Shown here piece by piece: positions 30,535 through 37,360 of a DNA stretch of 64,000 nucleotides; the first letter of the stretch is position 1; the number at the start of each line of letters is the position of its first letter. A model generated the notes under the pieces. That model was given only the letters and a program-made list of their open reading frames with translations, had not been told where the DNA came from and did not search any database. The stretch covers positions 1-64,000 of IMG/VR virus record IMGVR_UViG_3300037088_000882; one strand, 5' to 3'. Source of the stretch: a virus. Position numbers and translations under genes: made by a program.

Positions 30535-31338
30535 TTAATATCCAAGTACAGGATGACTCTTAAGGTTCTTTATAAGTTCATGGCATACTTCAAAGGGCAT
30601 TTGCGGGGCCCCTTCCGTGATTATGTGGCCTGGACTGAGCTCGGGTGGCTCTTCTTCCCAGGCCTGGTCTCTTAGACCTGGACTTAGAATGACGGCTGGC
30701 ATATAAGTGAAAGCCCAACCTTCTCTAGGGTAGTCCATTTCTGGAGTCAGGTATGTTTTCGCTATAAACAGATTATTAGTTATTTTCTCTACTACCAGAA
30801 CCCCATAAATTAAATCCAAATATATGAATTTATCGGTTTCACAAAAATAAAAGGAATTCATGGTTAGTATTCTAAGGTAATCAGCAGGATTGGGGTTTGT
30901 AAATAAAGTTTTTTGAAAAGATATTCTAAGATATCGAAAATTCTCCTCGTTGTATCTTTCTTTGAATTGTTCGAAACAATGAGCTGTGTAGAAGAGATGG
31001 TCCAGGTAAGTCCCTGGCATACTGCCGTAAAGCCTTCCAAACTCAGTTTTATATGTAACTTCGAAATTAGTGTATGCACGTAATTTACGATCGAAATTAT
31101 AGAGGTTTACCCATTCTCCGTAATAAGTGTGGAGCTCAGTAAGGATGTATTCCATTAATCTTTTTCTTGCATTATCCGATATTTTGCTGACATCTTTATT
31201 TTTGAATTCTTTGAGGAAGGCTTTTTCTAAGCAAATATTAAGCATGGCTCTAGGGTATCGTTCCAAGGCCACGGTCTTGAAATGTTTGTTGAGATCAGCA
31301 ATGACCTCTTCGGGATTTCCATAAGGTTTGAAAGCCAT
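30535..31338 (-). CDS. Hypothetical protein
   Basis: 267-aa ORF in a tightly packed - strand run. Confidence 0.6.
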   Translation of the reverse strand: MAFKPYGNPEEVIADLNKHFKTVALERYPRAMLNICLEKAFLKEFKNKDVSKISDNARKRLMEYILTELHTYYGEWVNLYNFDRKLRAYTNFEVTYKTEFGRLYGSMPGTYLDHLFYTAHCFEQFKERYNEENFRYLRISFQKTLFTNPNPADYLRILTMNSFYFCETDKFIYLDLIYGVLVVEKITNNLFIAKTYLTPEMDYPREGWAFTYMPAVILSPGLRDQAWEEEPPELSPGHIITEGAPQMPFEVCHELIKNLKSHPVLGY

Positions 31339-31341
31339 TAA

Positions 31342-31884
31342 TTAAAACCCAAGGTTTGCTTTTGATTCTCTGCGTTTGTTAATTGAATCATATTTCATAG
31401 AATTTCTAAATACAAAAGTAATTGGAGTTTTTTCATTGTAATAACTTGTAAGTACAAAGGTTCTTGTTTTAAATTCCCAGGTTATTTCTTGTTTTATGCC
31501 ATTTTCTTTAGTTTCTTCTTTTTTGTTTTCGAAACTGGTTTCAGATCCTAATCTTTCAACAAGTCTGTTATATAAAGTTTGAAGGCCTCCAATTTCGTGG
31601 CATTCTTCTTCATTATAAAAAATACCGATTGAATATAAAGTATCATCAAGAAAAGAGCATGCGGCGGCTGCGGCAGTTTTCATTACAGCAAGATACTGAT
31701 AGACACCTATTTCATGCTCGATATCTTTGGCAGGGAATTCTTCAGCATCTGGGTGAGCTTTTTTGAAATGCCCTAGAGTCATTCCTATTTTTAAATCCTC
31801 AAATTTAAAATCTTCTGATTTTTGGGAATAGCTTAAGCTGAATAAGAAGAGAGACGTTAAGATTAGACGTGGGATTGTTTTCAC
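31342..31884 (-). CDS. Hypothetical secreted protein
   Basis: N-terminal signal peptide (MKTIPRLILTSLFLFSLSYSQ); GTG start with AAAGGA RBS. Confidence 0.6.
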   Translation of the reverse strand: MKTIPRLILTSLFLFSLSYSQKSEDFKFEDLKIGMTLGHFKKAHPDAEEFPAKDIEHEIGVYQYLAVMKTAAAAACSFLDDTLYSIGIFYNEEECHEIGGLQTLYNRLVERLGSETSFENKKEETKENGIKQEITWEFKTRTFVLTSYYNEKTPITFVFRNSMKYDSINKRRESKANLGF

Positions 31885-31932
31885 AGGCTTCCTTTCTTTT
31901 TGGTTTAGAATGCCTATGAATATTATACATGT
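31881..31932 (-). repeat. Promoter/RBS cassette copy 2
   Basis: Near-identical to 30271-30326, including TATAAT and AAAGGA..GCCTGTG. Confidence 0.7.
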
Positions 31933-31964
31933 ATTTTGAGAGAGGTATAGAGGATTTTTTTAGA

Positions 31965-32051
31965 TGGTACCGGAAGAGTGACTTGAACACTCACGGGATT
32001 GCTCCCAATAGATCTTGAATCTATCGCGTCTCCCAATTTCGCCATTCCGGC
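31965..32051 (-). tRNA. tRNA-Leu(CAA)
   Basis: GCCGGAA..ATAGA-TT CAA GA-TCTAT, long variable arm, TTCAAGT T-loop, encoded ACCA. Confidence 0.92.
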
Positions 32052-32056
32052 TTAAG

Positions 32057-32272
32057 TGGTCAGGACAGGTTTACGCCCTACGATTTATGCCACACGCTTT
32101 TTCATTTTACTGTACAGTGTGGATCTATTAATATGAAGCATTTCAGCGATTTTTAAAGTGGGATTGGAGGAATTCGAATCCTCATTGTGTTGATTTTAAG
32201 TCAACTGCCTCTACCAGTTGGGCTACAATCCCTCAATATAAATCACATGTCTACCAATTTCAACACCTGAAT
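32057..32272 (-). pseudogene. Split/degenerate tRNA-like shell enclosing tRNA-Leu(TAA)
   Basis: 5' half TCAGG-TGTTGAAATTGGTAGACA (D-arm) at 32272-32240; 3' half GTAGG-GCGTAAA-CCTGT-CCTGA-CCA at about 32088-32057; GATTTAT/ATAAATC closes the insert. Confidence 0.45.
32159..32232 (-). tRNA. tRNA-Leu(TAA), short variable loop
   Basis: GGGATTG..GTTGA-CT TAA AA-TCAAC..GAGGA-TTCGAAT-TCCTC-CAATCCC-A; no full CCA. Confidence 0.9.
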
Positions 32273-32280
32273 AGTAAAAA

Positions 32281-32363
32281 TGGAAGGGGCAAGATTTGAA
32301 CTTGCGAACTCCGAAGAGACGGGATTTACAGTCCCGGGCCTTTAACCACTCGACCACCCTTCC
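32281..32363 (-). tRNA. tRNA-Tyr(GTA)
   Basis: GGAAGGG..CGGGA-CT GTA AA-TCCCG, variable arm, GCAAG-TTCAAAT-CTTGC; CCA not encoded. Confidence 0.92.
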
Positions 32364-32370
32364 GTAAATT

Positions 32371-32456
32371 TGCGGATAAGAAGATTTGAACTTCTAAAAG
32401 GATTACTCCTCGCTGGTCTCTGAAACCAGTGTGTTTACCAATTCCACCATATCCGC
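32371..32456 (-). tRNA. tRNA-Leu(CAG)
   Basis: GCGGATA..CTGGT-TT CAG AG-ACCAG, long variable arm; CCA not encoded. Confidence 0.9.
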
Positions 32457-32464
32457 GTAATATA

Positions 32465-32621
32465 TAGATTGCGTTCAAGTTACTAAAGCATTTACCCCTT
32501 TCGGGATACTTGTCGATTCTCAAGATCGATGCCTTACCAATTTGGCTATATTTCCATTCGGAAACACTCGGAGTCGAACCGAGATTAGTAATGTAGGCTT
32601 TAATTGTAAAAACGCAATCTA
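32465..32621 (-). ncRNA. Circularly permuted tRNA-mimic RNA 1 (YrlA/Y RNA-like) with a TGA anticodon-like loop
   Basis: 11-bp terminal stem TAGATTGCGTT/AACGCAATCTA; order is T-arm, closed acceptor hairpin (TGTTTCC-GAAT-GGAAATA), D-arm, then TCGAT-CTTGAGA-ATCGA. Confidence 0.75.
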
Positions 32622-32624
32622 ATC

Positions 32625-32711
32625 TGGTGCGGTCGGTCTGATTTGAACAGGCATAGGATTGCTCCCACATGCACCTCAAGCATGCGTGGCTACCAATTAC
32701 ACCACGACCGC
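32625..32711 (-). tRNA. tRNA-Leu(GAG)
   Basis: GCGGTCG..CATGC-TT GAG GT-GCATG, long variable arm, encoded ACCA; one T-stem mismatch. Confidence 0.9.
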
Positions 32712-32719
32712 ATAATTTA

Positions 32720-32864
32720 TAAAGCCATATCCGAGTTATCAATGCTATCTTGATAGATTCTATTCTATTGCCTTTACCATTTGGCTATTCCCCCATAATT
32801 GGGGGAACGTGGAATCGAACCACGAATTTTTAATGTAAGCATCAACGGTAAAGATATGGCTTTA
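32720..32864 (-). ncRNA. Circularly permuted tRNA-mimic RNA 2 (YrlA/Y RNA-like)
   Basis: 12-bp terminal stem TAAAGCCATATC/GATATGGCTTTA; CGTGG-TTCGATT-CCACG, TTCCCCC-AATTAT-GGGGGAA, GCC-AAATGGTAAA-GGC, ATAGA/TCTAT. Confidence 0.75.
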
Positions 32865-32877
32865 ATTTCAAAGAACT

Positions 32878-32966
32878 TGGTGCGAATGTAGAGATTCGAA
32901 CTCTAAAGAGCTGTTAAGCTTCCAGATTCTAAGTCTGGCCCCTGCTACCAATTCGGGTACATTCGC
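32878..32966 (-). tRNA. tRNA-Leu(TAG)
   Basis: GCGAATG..CCAGA-CT TAG AA-TCTGG, long variable arm, TAGAG-TTCGAAT-CTCTA, ACCA. Confidence 0.92.
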
Positions 32967-32975
32967 ATATATTTA

Positions 32976-33046
32976 AGACGGTGCCCAGGATCGAACTGGG
33001 GCTGTCGGTTTTGCGGACCGATGCCTTACCTCTTGGCTACACCGTC
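32976..33046 (-). tRNA. tRNA-Cys(GCA)
   Basis: GACGGTG..TCGGT-CC GCA AA-ACCGA..CCCAG-TTCGATC-CTGGG-CACCGTC-T; U73 discriminator, atypical C33, no CCA. Confidence 0.85.
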
Positions 33047-33195
33047 GGATAAAAGAATTTATCTAATTCAAAGACCTCGTTTAAACATATTTCATTGATT
33101 TTCTCATTTGTGAAATCAGGTTCTTGGCCTTCTTCTATGCACGAGAATTTAAATGGTACATTATCTCGTAATTCATGCCCTATTTTAATTTTCAT
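33037..33195 (-). CDS. Small acidic hypothetical protein (52 aa) ending inside tRNA-Cys
   Basis: GAGGGG RBS; MKIKIGHELRDNVPFKFSCIEEGQ...; TAG stop is at tRNA-Cys positions 8-10. Confidence 0.35.
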   Translation of the reverse strand: MKIKIGHELRDNVPFKFSCIEEGQEPDFTNEKINEICLNEVFELDKFFYPTV

Positions 33196-33211
33196 TTAAT
33201 CCCCTCAGTAT

Positions 33212-33259
33212 AAAACAAAAAACCCTGCTTGATCTTTAGAACCAAGCAGGGTTTTGTTT
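33212..33259 (-). terminator. Attenuator terminator A
   Basis: AAAACCCTGCTTG / CAAGCAGGGTTTT stem followed by a T-tract (TTTTTTGTTTT). Confidence 0.85.
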
Positions 33260-33279
33260 ATTTCTTTTTTAACTTTAGA

Positions 33280-33366
33280 TCAAGACAAAATCCTACCCGG
33301 TCCCTTTAGATAGCTAAGGTAATATGATAGACACAAAGGTAAGGATTGAATAGTCTTATTGCTCAT
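33280..33366 (-). CDS. Leader peptide A (28 aa, Leu/Tyr/Cys/Ser-rich) of a putative tRNA-operon attenuator
   Basis: MSNKTIQSLPLCLSYYLSYLKGPGRILS*; ATG is 8 nt after the -10 box; the 3' end can pair with the terminator 5' arm. Confidence 0.75.
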   Translation of the reverse strand: MSNKTIQSLPLCLSYYLSYLKGPGRILS

Positions 33367-33374
33367 GATAACTA

Positions 33375-33403
33375 AATATAACACAGAAAAAATAAAAAGT
33401 CAA
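33375..33403 (-). promoter_or_regulatory. sigma70-type promoter of tRNA operon A
   Basis: TTGACT-17 nt-TATATT with extended -10 TGn. Confidence 0.75.
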
Positions 33404-33411
33404 TTACTTTT

Positions 33412-35484
33412 TTAAGGTTCTACTGCTGTAAAGTCATTTTCAGGAACAGTGCTTTTATTTTTAGATCCGTATTTCCCAAGACGTGGCGAAATAAGAGAGT
33501 CTTCGGAAATAAACCCCATAAGAGCTGAAGTTAAAGCTTGCTCACTAAGATATTCTTTTATTACCTGATCTTTATTCAAAACTTTAAAAAGTTTCATAAC
33601 ATGAGATACTTTGCATAATGCCACTTGTCGATAGGCACTAAGAACATCTTTTTTGATAGCATTAGAGTACATAACATTATGTTGTTTTTGATGAAATTCT
33701 GCAGTTTCTTGTATGATTGGGGATTCTTCATTAAAAAATACTGCGGATCCCATATGTCCGTCTTCAAAACGGTGTTCATCTTTATAGAAGCATATATTTA
33801 CTTCATGTTGCATATCATTTTTTCCTACAGGGACAATTATTGGCATATCTTTTTTAATTTTTATTTCTATACTAGGAGTAGAATCTCCTGTGCTTTTTGC
33901 CTTTTTAACTCGAATACGTCGCCAAATTTGTTGAGAACCATCTATTGCTACGCCAGTTTTTTTCTCACCTGTATCGCTACCTTTACCCTCACTACTCCCT
34001 TTACTTACGCCATTTAAAAAGCTCTCCCCCTCTTGGCTAGAGTCGATGAGACCGGTACTTTTTTGGTTTACAGGAACTTCTTCGTCAGTAGGGTCTTTTT
34101 TTATTTTTGATTTATTGGAATAATCTATGACATGGATACTATCGGCAAACCTATTACCGTATTTATCTAAAATTCTTTTTAGAAGAGCTTCATTGCCAGC
34201 AATTAGATCATCGCTGTCTCTGTCTTTATGTAATTCTTTGATTGTGTTAACTATTTCTTCTGGCATGTTTTTTATAAACAGGAGTCCCCAATATTCCATA
34301 GGAAGTTCAATACTTTTTTTCCCGTTTCCAGTAAAGAATAAATTTGATCGGCTTTGATCAGGGAAGACGCCCCAATCTGTCTCTTGTGTGTGAATCTGGG
34401 GTTCTATAATAATAGTTAATCGATTTTGAATTTCTTTGTCAATTATTCCGAAATTTCTAAAATTTGATATATGAGAATTAAAATTATATAGCTCTCCTTT
34501 ATACATAACAGCAATGAAACCACTTTCTAGAGCATAGCCGTGACATACAGGACGGGCACCTTCCCAAAGGTACCAGCTAATTTTAAGTTTGCCATCTTCG
34601 AGATAGAAGGTATCTGCTGTTTTAAGTTTACCTATTTTTGGGGCAATAACTTTAGCTTCTGTTATGTAATACTTAGCTCCATGGCATATCCTGGTATTTC
34701 CCCTGGTAGTATTATATTTTTGTAATTTTTCATTGAATTCTTTTTCGCATCGCGGCCATTCATCTCGATTAGCTTTTCCATAATTAAATTCTTTAACACT
34801 AACTTGAATATTGTCCAGATTAAAAAAACGTGTATTAATATAACGTGTCAAATTTGAGGTATACCCTTTTTCCGATTGCATGTATGTGTCAGTTTTTGAG
34901 TCGTTCCCCATAAGAATGATGCAGGTTCCATGATCTCTAACCCATTTTGGAGCAACTAAAGACCAATCAATTTCATCCTCTTCCCATTCTACTGACATAG
35001 GGTCGATAACGGTTGCTATCTCATCGTTAAATTCCCAACTGGAAATGCTATAGGCTTTTTCCTCTATGTCATAATACATTCGTATCATTGATCCAATACC
35101 GTTTTGGTAAGATATGTATACAACACCAGCCCCATTCCATGGCAGAAGAGATATTCTACATCCAATACCAAAATTTGTGTGAATGACTCTATCATTTTCA
35201 TTCATTTCCTGCATGACTGCTTTACCGCTGGATTGTATGTTTGTAAAATATTTTTTAAGTTGTTCTGCGGACATGCCATCCCCATCGTCGCAAATCATAT
35301 GACGGTAAACACCCTCTTTAGTAACCGATTGCCATTCAACTCCAAACTCTACTTTTTTAGCATGGGCTTCAATGGCATTCATTAAGACTTCACGGGCCCA
35401 TTGATAAGGTTGGCAAAAACGGTATGTTCTGAGAATAAAATCTGTGGCATTTTCCATGCCAATGGGGAAGCTTTTGGAAGACAT
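33412..35484 (-). CDS. GHKL-family (HATPase_c / Hsp90/MORC-like) ATPase
   Basis: Bergerat motifs REVLMNAIEA, DDGDGMS and NFGIGCRIS; AAAGGA RBS. Confidence 0.75.
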   Translation of the reverse strand: MSSKSFPIGMENATDFILRTYRFCQPYQWAREVLMNAIEAHAKKVEFGVEWQSVTKEGVYRHMICDDGDGMSAEQLKKYFTNIQSSGKAVMQEMNENDRVIHTNFGIGCRISLLPWNGAGVVYISYQNGIGSMIRMYYDIEEKAYSISSWEFNDEIATVIDPMSVEWEEDEIDWSLVAPKWVRDHGTCIILMGNDSKTDTYMQSEKGYTSNLTRYINTRFFNLDNIQVSVKEFNYGKANRDEWPRCEKEFNEKLQKYNTTRGNTRICHGAKYYITEAKVIAPKIGKLKTADTFYLEDGKLKISWYLWEGARPVCHGYALESGFIAVMYKGELYNFNSHISNFRNFGIIDKEIQNRLTIIIEPQIHTQETDWGVFPDQSRSNLFFTGNGKKSIELPMEYWGLLFIKNMPEEIVNTIKELHKDRDSDDLIAGNEALLKRILDKYGNRFADSIHVIDYSNKSKIKKDPTDEEVPVNQKSTGLIDSSQEGESFLNGVSKGSSEGKGSDTGEKKTGVAIDGSQQIWRRIRVKKAKSTGDSTPSIEIKIKKDMPIIVPVGKNDMQHEVNICFYKDEHRFEDGHMGSAVFFNEESPIIQETAEFHQKQHNVMYSNAIKKDVLSAYRQVALCKVSHVMKLFKVLNKDQVIKEYLSEQALTSALMGFISEDSLISPRLGKYGSKNKSTVPENDFTAVEP

Positions 35485-35588
35485 AAAAATTATCCTTTCA
35501 CTAGTAGTACTAGGGATTGGTTAAAGTAAAAAATAAACTAAGATAAAACTTGAGTTTAAAACACAAGGTTTATCCATAACATTAAAAT

Positions 35589-36416
35589 TTATGGGAATAT
35601 GACCATTTCGTTTGAAACAGGTATAGATCGATCCTCTTTTTTACTTTTATTACTACTTTTCGCTGAATATATAATGTCAATTCCTTGTAAATTATTTCCG
35701 TTGAATAGCGATTCAGTCGCAGATAGTCTATCTATGGACAAGCACCAAGCTTTTTTAGTATTTAAAAAGTCTCTTAAACGTTCAAGATCTTTTAGGCCAA
35801 AGTCACAATTATACCATTTTTTTCCGTATTTAATATAAGGAGGGTCTGCGTAGATGAAATCGAATGGCACATTGTTTAGGAAAGTTTCGAAATCCTCACA
35901 AGAAACGGAAAGGATTTTATCTTTTAACAACATTCTTGTCCGTTCGATTTTTCTTATGATATTTGGAGGATTCCAGTATACGTCAACATTCCAGGCACTT
36001 TTTTGATCCCACCCTCCGATTGGCAAAGACTCTGTAATAAAGCCGTTGTATGAGGTTTTATTAAGGAAGATTACTTTAAATGTTTTTTCTAAGTTTGTTG
36101 TTGGTTCACTGTGAAAAATATTTTTGTAGGTTTCTAAATTAACAACTTGAGTTGTAATTGCTTTATAAAGGGCTTCAAATTCAGAGTTTTTTGAGGCTTT
36201 AAAAAATTTCCAAAATGACCCTACATCTTTATTAGCGTCATTAAGATGGAATTTCCATAAAGGAAAATCCTTTGCCATGTTAATTAATGACCCGCCTCCT
36301 CCGACAAAAGGTTCAGCTACTGTCCATTCTGATGTGCGGGCTTCAGGATATGTGTTTTTTATCATTAAGTCTATTTTTTTCATTAGCCTTAATTTACCGC
36401 CGGGGTATCTTAGCAT
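35589..36416 (-). CDS. dam: DNA adenine methyltransferase (Dam/D12 class)
   Basis: LRYPGGK, EPFVGGGG, FLNKTSYNG and YADPPY motifs. Confidence 0.88.
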   Translation of the reverse strand: MLRYPGGKLRLMKKIDLMIKNTYPEARTSEWTVAEPFVGGGGSLINMAKDFPLWKFHLNDANKDVGSFWKFFKASKNSEFEALYKAITTQVVNLETYKNIFHSEPTTNLEKTFKVIFLNKTSYNGFITESLPIGGWDQKSAWNVDVYWNPPNIIRKIERTRMLLKDKILSVSCEDFETFLNNVPFDFIYADPPYIKYGKKWYNCDFGLKDLERLRDFLNTKKAWCLSIDRLSATESLFNGNNLQGIDIIYSAKSSNKSKKEDRSIPVSNEMVIFP

Positions 36417-36541
36417 TTATTATCCAATTCGGGTTGTGGAGTGAAAATAACGCTTTATATATAATACTCGAATTATATATAAATATAAAAATAAATCGTT
36501 TAGAATCTACGAAAGGTAGGTAATATCAGGATGGGGAGTTT

Positions 36542-36859
36542 TCAGATTTTTATTTCTATAGGTTTTAAGATCATTGATTCGTCTTCTCCTGCATATACTA
36601 CAGGGATTTCTGGGTACAGCTTTTTTAATTTATTTGCAAGTTCTATTCCCCAGGTATTAAGTTTTTTTGCTTTGCCTTTTTTGAATGTTGAATAATCTGA
36701 TTCGAAGCAAGTATCGTAATATCTTATCCAAGATTCAAATTCGTTGATTAATTCTTGAGGCAGTTTTAACTCTTCGTAATCAATCATGCCACCAAGATTC
36801 TCCCATATACCAGAACTTGAGAAGTCTGGCATTACTTTTAGCTTTGTTATCTCATTCAT
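36542..36859 (-). CDS. Hypothetical protein
   Basis: 105 aa, AAAGGA RBS, follows tRNA-Ala. Confidence 0.6.
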   Translation of the reverse strand: MNEITKLKVMPDFSSSGIWENLGGMIDYEELKLPQELINEFESWIRYYDTCFESDYSTFKKGKAKKLNTWGIELANKLKKLYPEIPVVYAGEDESMILKPIEIKI

Positions 36860-37241
36860 GATTTTCCTTTAAATAAGTGGAGCTACGGGGATTTGAACCC
36901 CGAACTTTCAGCTTGCAAAGCTGACACTCTTCCAATTGAGTTATAGCCCCATTATTTTCTATCTGAATTTCAGATTTCCAGTCTTTTTGTTTCTTTTCCT
37001 GCATTGTTAAACTTCCACCACTTTCCCAGGCAGTACGCCTTGGGTTTCCACACATATCACAGCTACATAGTTTTGTAGTATTTCTAAGTATGTAAGAGAA
37101 ATACCTCAATGTTTTTTCTGTAGGCTTTGAAGAACATAACAATCCTTGAGCACGTTTCTTCCCCTTATTGGCCCCAATAAGGAAACGTTCTCTACGATCT
37201 TTTGGATGAGACATAATGTACCCTTTTCTAGCGTCACTCAC
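36852..37241 (-). CDS. Small basic Cys-motif protein (CSCxxCGNPR) whose reading frame runs through tRNA-Ala
   Basis: Start is GTG 37241 or ATG 37214; Lys/Arg-rich; no stop codon before the tRNA. Confidence 0.6.
   Translation of the reverse strand: MSDARKGYIMSHPKDRRERFLIGANKGKKRAQGLLCSSKPTEKTLRYFSYILRNTTKLCSCDMCGNPRRTAWESGGSLTMQEKKQKDWKSEIQIENNGAITQLEECQLCKLKVRGSNPRSSTYLKENHE
36878..36950 (-). tRNA. tRNA-Ala(TGC)
   Basis: GGGGCTA/TAGCTCC with G3:U70; TCAGC-TT TGC AA-GCTGA; no full CCA. Confidence 0.93.
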
Positions 37242-37276
37242 TGACGCATGATAGTGGATATCATTATGTGCTCCTT
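37212..37276 (-). promoter_or_regulatory. uORF (MISTIMRQ*, 37264-37238) within a hairpin that sequesters the downstream start
   Basis: AAAGGAG RBS; CATAATGATATCC pairs with GGGTACATTATG; inner GCGTCA-GTGAG-TGACGC has the TGA stop in its loop. Confidence 0.5.
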
Positions 37277-37287
37277 TCTTTAAAATA

Positions 37288-37360
37288 AGCCGATGAGAGG
37301 GCTCAAACCTCCAACTTGCTGATTACAAATCAGCTACTCTATCAATTGAGTTACACCGGC
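37288..37360 (-). tRNA. tRNA-Thr(TGT)
   Basis: GCCGGTG/CATCGGC; GCTGA-TT TGT AA-TCAGC; A19/U56 replaces G19/C56; no CCA. Confidence 0.88.

Noticed and set aside
32057-32272. tmRNA
   Set aside because: No Ala acceptor with G3:U70, degenerate T-loop, too short, and no tag reading frame evident.
32326-32742. 138-aa - strand ORF in the track
   Set aside because: It lies entirely over tRNA-Tyr, two Leu tRNAs and a permuted RNA, so it is a chance open frame.
33212-33403. T-box riboswitch as the explanation for the tRNA-operon leaders (also 40794-40999)
   Set aside because: No T-box consensus (AGGGTGGNACCGCG) or Stem I is visible, and the antiterminators overlap a codon-biased short ORF instead.
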